64,000 nt of DNA from Paraphysomonas bandaiensis (taxonomy: Eukaryota; Protista; Chrysophyceae). Where the stretch lies: contig CBFFRP010000074.1 of the NCBI GenBank assembly GCA_965644295.1, positions 123,140 to 187,139 of the forward strand, given 5' to 3'. Below the pieces are notes generated by a model. It was not told the DNA's origin and made no database searches. It worked only from the letters and a program-made list of their open reading frames with translations. Below are positions 28,453 to 41,300 of this stretch, piece by piece (the first letter of the stretch is position 1; each line of letters begins with the position of its first letter). Both the position numbers and the translations under genes were made by a program.

Positions 28453-29799
28453 ACACCACTCTGATGTCTTATATGATGATGCATAGTTGCTGCTACCTGC
28501 CTTTCAACCTACCTTAGTTAGTCTGTAGCTGTGTGTTCGCTTTTGTGTGTTGACGAGCGGCACTGCAGCCATGCAAGTAACAGATTAATTTATCTCCTTT
28601 CAAAAAATGAATAGTATCTATATCTTTTTACTGTGTAGAAATGGTATGCTTCGCCCTTATTATGTTTGTATATTTCAATTGCGAATGACAGTGTGAGTAA
28701 AATTGCTTTTCGATATGGGATTGGGTAACAACATTACAAGGATTGCATAATAGTAGCAAGTTTTCTCAATAATATTTTCTAGTAAAAACTGCTATTATGT
28801 GCACCAATTCTACGTTTAACATCATACTAAATTCTGAGTGATGTAGTTTTATCAGTTGCTGCAGTTATAAAGCTAAAAGTATGTTAGTTATATCTGTTAT
28901 GTGGAATGATATAATTCTGTATGCGAAACGATCATAGTTGTAAAATAGCAAAAATTATTTTCATCAGCATTACTCAGCGCTAGACGTACACCAATACTAC
29001 GTGCTTAAAACATCATTCTGAGTAACTGAGTAACACTGTATTACCCTCGTTTCCGTGAGTTACTATTCTCATGAAGTGATTAAAATATACAAAGCACTAT
29101 CATCGTTGAAGCGCTCTCAGTTTATCGCTATTATGATTCTAGGAAATGACAGTGTAGTCGGAATGTAACCCTGCCGATGCACTTGGCGAGCAACATATAT
29201 AACGCTAAGATTTGGCGCCGATTCTAATATTTCGCGTAATAGCTCATAGCTCACCCATCACCCACAGCAATCTTGGTTGTCCTTATAGCTCCTCCCATGC
29301 AGGAAATGACAGAGAGCCACCTTATCGGCCCTACCTGTATCAGCCTTTAATGCAAGAAATTTGCGCAGACTCTAGCAAGGCCACGTTCACCCTCCACTCT
29401 AGACCAAAGAATACGCGTTTTTGTAGTCACGCATGTCCAATGTATGTATTGTGTAGGATGTAGGCCTAGCATGGAATTGGCTGCGCCCCCAATCCACCAG
29501 AGTATATGGAACATGCAAGCCTTGTATAGATCTACTTGGAACTTGCATGATACCACACGTAAGAAATACGCTGGGATTTTAATAAAGACGTAAATACTGC
29601 TTAGTTTGATTACCAAAACCACTTCACCAGTGTGTGCCCTCAGAATGGGACAGTAACTGTTAAAACGGGTGTTTATCACCACATAATAAATAAACAGTTT
29701 ATTAAATGTGAAAAAATTACACTTCGTGGAGGCTTCCAACTCACAGCAGTAATTAATCAAACATTAATTACTATTATTAGCGCGAGGATATTTCTACAA

Positions 29800-30255
29800 C
29801 TATTTCTTTACCCAGTCACCGTCAGGGAATGCTAGGTAACGGTGTGGAGAGTAGTCAACTGGCATCTCCTGGTAGTAAAAGTATGCCTTTATGATTCCTC
29901 TCTCTTTAGTATACACATCAACCACTGTTCGTTTATATAATCCTGAATTATCCTCAGTGTATCCCTCAATAGAGTCACAGTGAGGCAATGCTATATCAAA
30001 AGCATCTTTACTAGCCCAGGTAAGTACAGTACCCTTAACTATTCCAGATGAATTAGGAGTTGCAAATGGATAAAACAGGCTCTTATCTTGATATAGTGAG
30101 TAGCCTGATAGAGTACCATAGTACCATATACAGTCCCACCCTTTACTCTTGAGCTGTGACATCACTCCCCAGTCATCACCATCTATTGTTCTATCTGCTC
30201 GAAGGGTTCCATAACTAAATATTGCTTGTATATTATTATTACATGATTGAGACAT
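29800..30255 (-). CDS. Gamma-glutamylcyclotransferase (AIG2/GGACT-like) protein
   Basis: IFSYGTLR N-terminal motif, plus DSIEGY..LYKRTVVDV..AYFYY. Confidence 0.8.
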   Translation of the reverse strand: MSQSCNNNIQAIFSYGTLRADRTIDGDDWGVMSQLKSKGWDCIWYYGTLSGYSLYQDKSLFYPFATPNSSGIVKGTVLTWASKDAFDIALPHCDSIEGYTEDNSGLYKRTVVDVYTKERGIIKAYFYYQEMPVDYSPHRYLAFPDGDWVKK

Positions 30256-30887
30256 TTTTCTTGTTATTGTGGATGTTAATGATACTCAAGTGATGAGGGA
30301 TGCAGTGCAGGATATCGTATGGCGTATCGGCAGACAGCATATCATATTTTTCGGAAATAAATTGAAGCAAATATCCTCTATATTACTTATATACAAGTAC
30401 GGCTGTAGTACAGATAATTGTTGTCTCAATATATATGGATATATATGTACTGTCTGTATATACTCTGCATACACATATACAGCAGTGTTGTGTGTTGGTA
30501 TATATGGAGAGCACTATAGGCCGTGTCCTTGTAGGGGCCAGTCACTGTATATGAATCATACATTGTATTTCAATTGTCTCTATGGTATGGAATACATATG
30601 CCTATGCAGTATACAGTAGTATACACGCAGTTGATCTCGTATAGTAGTGTCCGCATAGTGTTCAAAGAACTGACTGTATGTACATATATATGCATAGTCA
30701 GATAGTGGAACTGTGCATAGATAGCAGAGGGGTGGTAATAAGCTAACAGATCAACATTGCATCATTGACCAAGCAGGTGATCTATTTCTCTCCCTTCTAG
30801 TTCAATTACAGATTTAAGAGACAACAGTAAAGCTTCTTATTATTCATTGTGGTGCAATTGGACAGATATATCTGATACAGTTATACA

Positions 30888-32903
30888 ATGAGTCAATCTA
30901 TGCCATCACACAATTCATCACAAACTATTCATCGACAAAACTCACAAGATGAAAAAACTATCATAGAAAGAGGACAGAAATGGGTTTTTATGGCTACTTT
31001 TATGAACTATGCTATGGCACATTGGACCAGAAAGTGAGTTCTACGTATGCTGGGTATTTAGTCTACTAAAGCATATTCACAGGTCGTATACGAACGTCAA
31101 ACTATCTCTTGTAAGTGCAGGGGTTGATCCGCTTACTCTAGCTGCGATGGACAGTGGGTTTATGTTCACTTATGCTCTCGGTTCATTCATCACAGGACAA
31201 CTCGGTGATCATTTTTCGCCAGTGTTAGTGGTCGGTATAGGGTTGTTGGGATCGACAATATGTCTGATGTTGATCGTGTATGGGGCTTCTAGTTGGGTGG
31301 TCAAAAGTACGGCTGTGTGTAGCACATGGTTCCTCTCAAGTCAGTTGATACACGGTCTTTTTCAGGCAACAGGAGGACCCGTAAGTGCTTATCTCATTTT
31401 GTTGTGCGCGATGTTACCATATTACAAGGATTGCATTATAGTTATGGCAAGTTTTCTCAAGTAATATTTTCAGGTAAACACTGCTATTATGGGTAACTGG
31501 TATCCTGCCAAGGGAAGAGGGCTAATGTTCGGTGAGTTGCCTATATTGGCCTTTATAGTAGCGAATTGTGCTGAGGATATGAAGTATCTCATTTGTAGCA
31601 TCATCTAACCGCTATGCGTATGAGGACAGGCATGTGGACTTGCCACCAGTATGTAGGAGATATTACGGCCGCCCTTGTGTCCGCATGGATTTTAAATCTA
31701 GGGCTGGACTGGCGGTGGTGTTTAGTGGTCCCAGCACTTGCAAATGCTTTATGGGCCGTTTTGATTTTACTTACTCTTCCAGGATCACCAGATGATGTTG
31801 GGTAAGTATTGTAGTACGTTTGATGGATTGGATGTAAGACTATTGAAAATATATGAGATATGCACAACGTACCTAGTACGTTGTATTTAATCGAGTACAT
31901 GATTTTTGGTTATATTGCCTGGTTTAAAGTGTCATGTCCAGTGTACTAACTTCGTGTTTTGGTATAGTGTTGCGAACCAGGAAACCTCTGACAATAACGG
32001 CGGCGGGGATACCGTAGCTATCGGTTTTACTCGTGCCTTGTTACTTCCTAGCGTCATACCATATGCACTAGCTTTTGGTTTTTTTAAATTGGTATGTACT
32101 GCAATTTTTTTCTTTAGTGTACGTTGGCATTTGAATATGATGGATGTAACACCGAGAACTGTTCAATGCGCTATTCGATTGACTGCAGTGTATATTTTAT
32201 GATGAATGAAATGGTAGGGGATCTGTCCTTTAAAATATTAATACTCTTATTGCAGGTGAACTACGCTATGTTCTTCCAGTTACCGATGATACTTACCTCC
32301 CATTTTAGTCAGAGCACTGCTAATACCATATCTGCTCTGTATTCAATTGGCATGATGCCTGGAGGGGTTGCATGTGGGTGGCTGAGTGACCTCTATGGAG
32401 GGCGCCGAGCCTGTGTGATCGCTACGTTTATGCTTACACTGTGCCCTCTGCTGCTACTACTGGCGCTATATATGGACAACATGCCTGCCTCCTTGCTTCT
32501 GATACTGCTTGCTGTGATGGGATGCATGGTGGGTGGACCGAATAATATAATTACATCCGCAGTCGCTGCTGATCTCTCTGAGGACCCTTCCATCCGAGGA
32601 AGTCGGAAAGCACTCGGTACAGTCACAGGAATTATAAATGGAGCAGGGAGTGTGACTGCAGCTATTGGTCAGATGGCAATCCCAGTATTGGCGTCTTACG
32701 GCCGTGACCGGGGTGAAGGTTACCGGTACGTCTGGTTGTTTCTTATTGTCTGTACTATAGCGGGCACAAGTCTCATGGGGGGACGTATTCATGGGGAACT
32801 CAAAGGGACTTTGAGAACAGGGGAGAGAACTCCTATTGTGTCCACTAACAGAGAGGGCTATATGGCGGTTAACACAGAAGAGGGACCAAGCTCTCAATTG
32901 TAG
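30888..32903 (+). CDS. MFS sugar-phosphate / glycerol-3-phosphate exchanger (SLC37/GlpT-like)
   Basis: YAMAHWTRK, FTYALGSFITGQLGD, GLFQATGGP|VNTAIMGNW, GPNNIITSAVAADL and GTVTGIINGAGS. Confidence 0.88.
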
Positions 32904-33337
32904 AACTCATTGAAAATAAAACTCCGGAGCATATGACCTTCACATTAATTTGCTAAATCACGATTTACGAAGTATATATATCGAGTAGATATTCTTTGTA
33001 ACGAGTGACATTAGTTCAAATTTTGCGGCGTTTGTGATGGCGACATTTGTTTTTTGGTGATTTTGATAACGATTTTGGTTACAATATTTATCTGCAACTT
33101 TCTGCTTGACTTCAATTAATATTAATTTATCCGCTGTACTGTTGTGTGACAAATTACTTTTTAACTACTTAGAAACAAGCAACAACTTATATAGATAACA
33201 ACTAAATATCAGTTCTATGGATGATATATTTTGACAACTTCGAACACATTGGTTACATGAGTGAGTTACTTTTAATGCACTTTAGTCTTTCAACTTTTCT
33301 AATCCTATTTTTAATATATATATTGAAAGTCCTTTTA

Positions 33338-33475
33338 TCTTATTACTAGCAATAGGCTTAGTAGTAGCTAGACGCTAGACGGACAAACTAGTCAAGCTAG
33401 AAAAGCATCTCTTACATCGTACTATTTAACGCTACGAGAATTGCTTGTGCGTCACCGCAAGCACCAAGGTGCTTC
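33338..33475 (+). repeat. Dispersed repeat copy (same family as 1484, 25005, 45475)
   Basis: TCTTATTACTAGCAATAGGC followed by TACTATTTAACGCTACGAGAATTGCTTGTGCGTCACCGCAAGCACCAAGGTGC. Confidence 0.85.
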
Positions 33476-33800
33476 CAAACTCGCTATATGATAGATGTGT
33501 ATGTAGTGCCGTTCTAATTCTAACAACATATGGCCCGCTGAGCAAAACAATGTTCTTCGTATTCTACTGAACCATAAACCATAAACAAGAATCAATGTGG
33601 TATAGGGATATTCATCTTATCAACATACTATATACCACAGTGTGAAAAGTTCACAAAATAGCTGTTATTACAAAGTAAATTGAACACTCACTAGAAGTCG
33701 TCTTTCCTAGACACACCTGCTATTATTCCTCAAAAAAGTAAGTTGTGCATTGCTTCAAATTTTCTTTTAATGGGCAGATAAGGCAGACAAGTCCACTTCT

Positions 33801-34516
33801 CTATTCGTATTTCAAAAGGGTATCGTTATAGGCAGATATCACTGCATCGTCGAGTGCAGCTCTATCTCCTGTATTGACTATAACCCTGTCGGCCATGGCT
33901 TTTCGCTCTTCTGCGGACATTTGGCTATCCACCCTAAGCTCGCTGTCTTCACGAGAAAGGTTGTTGCGGTTCATCAAACGAGAAACTGCGAGTTCTCTGC
34001 GCAGGATGTCATATTCATGACAACAGAGTAATACATATATAAATGTTAATGTAGCAACTCCACCAGCAGAAAAATCAAGAGTGGTTATCATAATGATGCT
34101 CAGGACATAGACACGTACCTATCAACATCCACCACCCACAGCTCAGTCACCATATCTTGCCATCCTGCCTCTATCATTACTGCCGCTTCGACTACAATAA
34201 CACTCTTATCTACTGTAGAAATTTCATTTTGTATGAGTTGCTTGATTCTCGGCCACACAATACTATTCAACCGTTTCATTTGAGATGTATCACTAAAAAC
34301 TATAGTGCCTAATACACGTCTGTTAATAGTCCCATCTTCATTTAATACACTATCACCAAATGCAGAGACAATATCATTAAGACACTGTGTGCCTTTAGAG
34401 TAAGCTTGATGGCCTAGTTTATCTGCATCTATTACATGAGCCCCTCTGTTTGATAGTATAGTACTTACTGTACTTTTTCCACTACATATACCACCTGTGA
34501 TACCAATGATTATCAT
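33801..34516 (-). CDS. Dephospho-CoA kinase
   Basis: MIIIGITGGICSGKSTVS..VIDADKLGH..INRRVLGTIVF..LNSIVWP. Exon 2 has RLMNRN..RVDSQM..ADRVIVNTG. Confidence 0.92.
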
Positions 34517-35442
34517 TGTATATAGATGATTGATAGGGTTAGTTAATTCTATATGCTCCTTCAGGTTGCTTGGTAGCAAGATATGCTGTGTGTATATTTG
34601 TTTCGGGAATAAATTGAAGTAAATATTCTCTATATTACTGCAATACAACTACGACTAGAATGCAGATAATTATTGCCTCAATATTTGAGGCATCTTTGAA
34701 CAAAAATATACAAAGGATGTGTTGTATACGGTATACTATGGAATCCTCGTACCATGTATGTAGGAATTTCTACGATAGTATGTGCAATATACCCCGATAT
34801 TCTATCATATATTCCGAGATTTTTAGAATTTCAGTGATATACTCCGTATTTGGTAATATACAAGCATGTAAAAAACAGAGGACGAATAGTTTGAATTAAT
34901 AGAAACCCCCCATTTCTGCACTACGAACAGAACACAGGACAGATACAGTACAAAAGTGGCTCTGTCGCAGGTGTGATGCAGATCTATATGCACAGAATGC
35001 ATTAACAGTTGCAACAGCAGTGTCGTAAAACTGCACACTATCGTGAAATATCTTTGCAACAGTTCTATGCATAAGACCTCTTCTAGTCCAGTGCTGGAAT
35101 GATACGATCACAGGACCCCTCATAGATCATAGAGCATAACTACATGTGATATATATATGAATACTGGCAACAAATAAGTGGACCAGCAAGAGCTTCATTG
35201 AAATTGTATTGCTTTACAATGATTCGACATATATAATGTTAAAGTTAAAGTAACATGAGACGATAATATCAACTGCAATGAGTTTACAGTACATCGTTAT
35301 ACATAATAAGATAATAAGCAGCATCATTATATAGAAAATATGCTATTCACTTACTACATAAAATTGACTTCTACAGTTTATAAGAAATGGATACTAGGCA
35401 AGCAGTACATCACATCAATGAATAGTATGCTGATTACGCAGT

Positions 35443-37732
35443 CTATCTATACACAAAAGCTAATAGAATGCTAACAATACAGACAAGTATGGCTGCAACT
35501 ACGAACAGCACTGCCCATGTTCGCATTTGGTGTTTGTGGCGCCTGCTTGAGTGTATATCTAGGCATTCCAAAACCACAGGACGCATCACCGCATTCCAAT
35601 TGTCCTCCCAGCTACCTGTAACAACAAGGATAAGAACAGTGCATATGCTTTAAAACGATGCATTCGTCATTAAATGACACTTAATACTACGTTAACAAGC
35701 AAGATATACCTATTCTGTAGGCTGCCTTTCTCATCTTGCATAGTTCCTCAGATGCTCCAGCCTCGTTAGGGGCCTCACAGAACAGACGGTACAGTTGAGC
35801 CGCTAGGTCATTGTGCTGACGGTAAATGATGCCGTTTTCCCCATTTTTCAAAAGCTCAGGAAGGGCAGGGTAGTGTATGGCGCAGACTGGAACACCACAT
35901 CCAAACATATCCAGCACCTAAACCGCACATAAGTATTCATGTGTCAATATATATACAGCAATATAAACTATGACAACCATAACAGCTCAACCATTTCTAA
36001 CATGGTGGAATAGAGAGAGGTCTATAGCTGCTACATCTACAGTTGTCCGACTGCCTCAGGTACTTTCTAGGGCAGAATTATATTATATTTCGTAGCATAC
36101 CTTCATAGGAAGGTCGAGTCCACTGGTAGACGTGTGCAAACAGATACCCAAATCAGCACATGCAATCATGAGCGGGTAATCGGCTATCTCTAGCCAGACC
36201 GATACGATAGATACATAGACCAGTCTACGCGCATATGAAATTAAACAGATATATCGCTAGATATATATTTTATATATAGAGAAAAAAACATAGAGTAGTA
36301 AACATATATCTCTACGGTCGGCAACATCTACCCACATGTCATATAAAAGAAACATATATATACCTGTCAGCTGGATTTTCTTGTCTGGCTTTCCAGGCTT
36401 GCATAAAAGCATCTCTCATAGGTCCTTTACCGGTTATCACCATTACTACTTTGCTCTGCGTCAATGATCGTCCTACAAAACGAAGTGTATTAGCACAGCC
36501 ACACTCCAAGACTTCGCATCAATTGCGCATTTCAATATACGATATGGATGACGCTTTTACTCCCAACACAATACAATTGATGTTGCATATACATATATAA
36601 ACCACGCTCAGCACTTCCAAGTCGTTTTACGTTAATAAGAAATATAATCCTGGGTAACGTAAGATATTAGCCATACCGTTCGATCGCCTTCTCACAAGAC
36701 TTCTGTCAAGATTACAGAGCGCTTTCATGAGTAAACCGAAGTCCTCATCAGGTGACCAACTGGTGGCAGTCACTAATATCACGGCTCTGTCGTCACGCAT
36801 TGTAACTGTGTCATCCCCATTTCCAGACAGCCGCACTGTCTGTATCGTTCTTTCGCTCGACGATGTAATTTGAGACGAACTACTCGATTGGGAATGAGGA
36901 AAAAGTTCTTCATCTGTTAATTTTAACTTCAGTAGAAGCTCGTGTCTGACTTTCACATCAATTTGAGGCAAATTGAGATCGACTCCATCTGCGTCGCTCT
37001 GTGGGGCAGAGAACCGTTTGAATACTTTAGCTGGCGGTTTGTCATACAAAGTAGTGGCAGATACATTAAAACGTTTATGAAGCCACTTTCCCATGGAATC
37101 AGATACGCATATGTGTCTATCGGACAAAACTCCCAGGCGGCCCTCCAAAATTCGACTGACTCTCACAAGCACGTGTTTGCTCGAGTATCTATCGAAATAC
37201 ATGGAGAATCCAAGGTTGTGCCAGTCCAATAGTACAACCATTCCATTGAAATAGGACATGAAAAGACATGCTAGTAGCGCCGGTATAGCAGGAGGATTCT
37301 GTACGACGACCATATCTATGTGGGGTAGTCGGAATAGTGTAAAAAGTAGAGATAGCACCAGAAACACCCCTTTAACAGCTGCATAGAATAGAATAGAAAT
37401 GAATAGATGTCCTTATGCTAATCTATGAATCATATACCTGCATGCAACAGAGATATAGGTCTCAGCTTGTCTATCCATGCACTGGATGTTGTAAGCCTGT
37501 GCATGACAATACAGTGTAATGACATAGCATCAAGAATCAACCATACATACCGTATATCATGTATTGCAGGATTACTAACAATCAATTCATTACATACTTC
37601 TCCTGGATAGCCTATTAGAGTTACTCTATTAATTTGAGGTAGAGCTGCGAGAGATATGGCGTGATACTGCATACGAGGACTCCTGCCAGTGTCTCCTAGC
37701 ACAACTACCACGGCATGAGCCCCCTCTGACAT
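35443..37732 (-). CDS. ALG1: Chitobiosyldiphosphodolichol beta-1,4-mannosyltransferase
   Basis: [38 protein letters not shown] and [19 protein letters not shown]|[11 protein letters not shown]. Confidence 0.95.
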
Positions 37733-38392
37733 GTTAAATCTAACAGTAAATGCAATACAGAGGTATATATAAGGGATATGAATGTTATAGTTATGTAGAG
37801 TAAGGTATACGACTCATGTGGTATATAAGTCTCTTGTGTATATACTCATAGTACCTTCTTGCCTTCGTCTTACGTATGATATGATACTGTAGAGTACCAT
37901 ATGAATAGACAGACTGCAATATACTGCTGCTGTATACATATGGATTGCTGTATGTATATGTACAGCAGTGTGTGTGTATACGTGTACACAGTATACTCTG
38001 TAGCACTTTCATCACTTTGTACAGTTCTCAACTTTTAGGGAGTTGAAAACTGGAGGTTTAGTAATATCATATCACGGATTTCACAGTTTTCATGTTTTAT
38101 GTTGTTTTACAGTCAGCATAGTGTTCATAAAAATAGGGGGTTTTAAGTTTCAATACATTCATATGAAGATTGAACTTGCAACTTACATACTTATCTATAT
38201 GATGAATACATCCATATATAACTTAAATAATATCACCATATCGAGATATACATCATTCTATTGCATTTACAACATAACTGATAGTTGACAGTCATTCATT
38301 GGTCATAACTGGATTACTGGAAGGGCATCCCTTAAGGTATAGTGAGATCTAATCGATACACTGATGTTTGATTAATATCATTATAGAAACTC

Positions 38393-41300
38393 ATGTTTAA
38401 GAGGTTTCAAACCGCCCGAACGGTTCCAGTAAAGACCTTATTTAAGATAGAAGTACACCGCGTTACTTTCCCCAAAAATCAAGAGATCGCAGATGCCTCT
38501 GAAATTAGTGTATGCTTCGAAAGAGGGGGTAAGATGGCTGCATCATTGGATAGAACTGTCAGAACTCTACCCGCTGGTGCTATGGAAGTTGTGTTTAGTG
38601 AGACACTATCGATGATTGTCACTATGCACAAGAATACTCACAGTAACTCCTATCAGGTATTTCATGTACTCCCTATTGTTGGTAAATGTGAATGATACAA
38701 TTAAAGTGCAGCCTTGAAATGTGATCGACATTGATGTGTATGTCTGTAGGAGAAAGCCGGCAAGCTCATTGTCCGCCAGCGACGAAGGAATCGTAACAAA
38801 GGAGATTGCTACAAGGGTGTAGGGGTGGCATCCCTGGATCTGGCAGCTCTGTGCCGAGTTGACGAGCCGGTCACTCTGGCATTACCTGTACAGCAGTGTG
38901 GTATACCAGGCGTCGTAATACACGGTACCGTCACTCCCAAAGTGCTAGGAGAGGTGAGTGCTGTTGGGCAGTATGTACGATTGTTAGTGGATACTGTAGT
39001 GTGAGGATGATGATCGAAGTAGCGGGAGCGGATTTTCAGATGGCGAATTTGAGGACTCGGAGTCCGTGATATGTGCATCGGACTTTTCACCTGCGCAACT
39101 TGAGGTAGATACATTCGACTCAAATAATGAAATACCGTACGTGATGTGGTCGGCCTAATTTATATAGGTGTATGTTAGTTTACGAAATTAACTTTCCGGT
39201 ACAGGGTTTTTCTAAAGATCACTCCCGGCTGTCTCCCATTCAGAAAAGCAACACTGGAATTAGTCTTCAAGGACGCTTAGCAGACTCTTTGGCTACAATA
39301 GCGCGGTTAAACAGTTCTCTCAAAAAACTCGAACAGGAAAATACTTGTTTGATAGAAGCCAAGAGAAAACGTGATGAAGAAGTTGACTCCCTGAGACGAG
39401 AAGTGACATTTTATAGAGAGGTAGAAACGCCGTAGTATTGCCTGGAATTGTATCTTGAGTAGAAAATTATATGATACTTGAAGTAATGTGTAGTTCATTA
39501 TGCAACTCAGTATACGATTATATGAAGTTTTATTTGTTTTGTGAATGTCAGAACTGTGTGGATCTTGAAGAGCAACTTAATTCTCAACGTCCTGGATCTT
39601 CCCCGGATGTCGTTCAGGTTGACATTCGCCGGCTACAGGATGCTCTCGATGTTGAAGTGAGGAAAACTGAGAAACTTAAAGAGTCACTAGAGACGGAAAG
39701 AAGTCTGCATACTAGTGCCTCTCGTGCGCTACAAACTAGCTCCGCTGAGGTACAACGACTAGTGGCGTTAATTTCATCGAAGCCAGATATCTCTGCAGGG
39801 CTCTCTACATGTGCTACTTGCGGAAAGGATGTAGGTATTATAGCGGATGAAGGAATAATACAGCAGGAACAGTACATTAGAGAGCTTGAGACTGAGCTGT
39901 CATATGTATTAATGGATAAAACACGACTAGAGGACGACGTACGTGTGTATCACGACCGCATTGCAGAATATAGACACCGGTTGGAGAATTTTTCTCCTGC
40001 TCTAGGAATACGTCCGCTTGATCTCAACAGTCAAAATCGCGAAGTCTTAGAACGAGAAAATAAAGCACTGCAAGACGAGAACGCTGACCTAAAAGAAAGA
40101 GTACAGGGGCTTGAGAGGAGGGTAGAGGAAATATCAGCCGAACGTACTGCTTTAGTGAGCAGTGTAACAGCATTTCAAAATACTCACGTGGGTATGTTGG
40201 AGCAAGCAAGAAAGCTACTAGATGAGGAGGATATGAAGCAACAAGAAGATATGCAGACTCTCAGGAAGGAGGCTCAGAGCGCGAGGGATCAACTAGTGTG
40301 TCTACGTGATGAGATATCAACCCTAGAAACGAGATGTGCTGGTCATCAACAGGAGATTAAAAATCTTCGAGCTTCTGAGCAGGCTCTTAAAGATGAAGTT
40401 AAGGAAAGGCAAGATATGAAATTATTATTTCAAGATGAGAAATCGAAGTGGCAAAAACAAAAAAAAACATTTCAATTTGAAGTGAATAAACTTAAACGAA
40501 ATGAATTGTCACTTCAGGGCGAACTTCGAATATTGAAGGAAACTGAAATTAATCTTCAAAACGAAGTGAAAAAGTTGAAAGAGAGCAAAGCTACCCTTCA
40601 AGTTGATAAGAAAGCTTTAAAGAAGAACGAAGTTGATCTTCAAAGCCAGGTGGAGTCATTAAATACACAGCTCTCCTCCCTGGAGAGTCGTGTAACAATT
40701 CTTCAAGGTGAAAGGAATGAACTTCAAGTGAAGTTGGAAGGTTTAACTAGTCAGAAGGCATCTCTTGAGGAAATGATGTTATCTCTTCAAAACGGAAAGC
40801 TCGATCTTGAAGTGAAACTTCGAAGCGAAAGTAAAATACGAAACGATTTAGAAATGAAACTTGCATCAATTCAAGATGGTATGCGAATTCCTCCTTTTGT
40901 TGACAGAGTTAAAGAACGAATTGAGGCGGATGAAATATCTTCTGATACAATGTCAAACTTTGGGGCCGAGTTGAAAATTGCAGATGATGACACTCGAATG
41001 GAGGGGAAAGTGTTGTCTCTTCAAGGCACTATAAATGAAGAAGTCAAGTTTGTAACTCTTCAAGGTGACATGGCGATACTCCGAGGTGAGAATAAGAAAC
41101 AGCAGAGCACTATTACTGCGCTAGAAACATCCTTAAATGAATTACAAAATCAGTCGCACAAGAATATACATGCTCTGCAAGATAAAGTGTGTAGTCTTGA
41201 ATGGACGCTTCAAAATGAAAAAGAAAAGAGAATTGAGCTTGAAACAAAGTTAGTACTCAGTGATAATGAAAAGCAAACGGTAGAAGGGAGACTTCAGATG

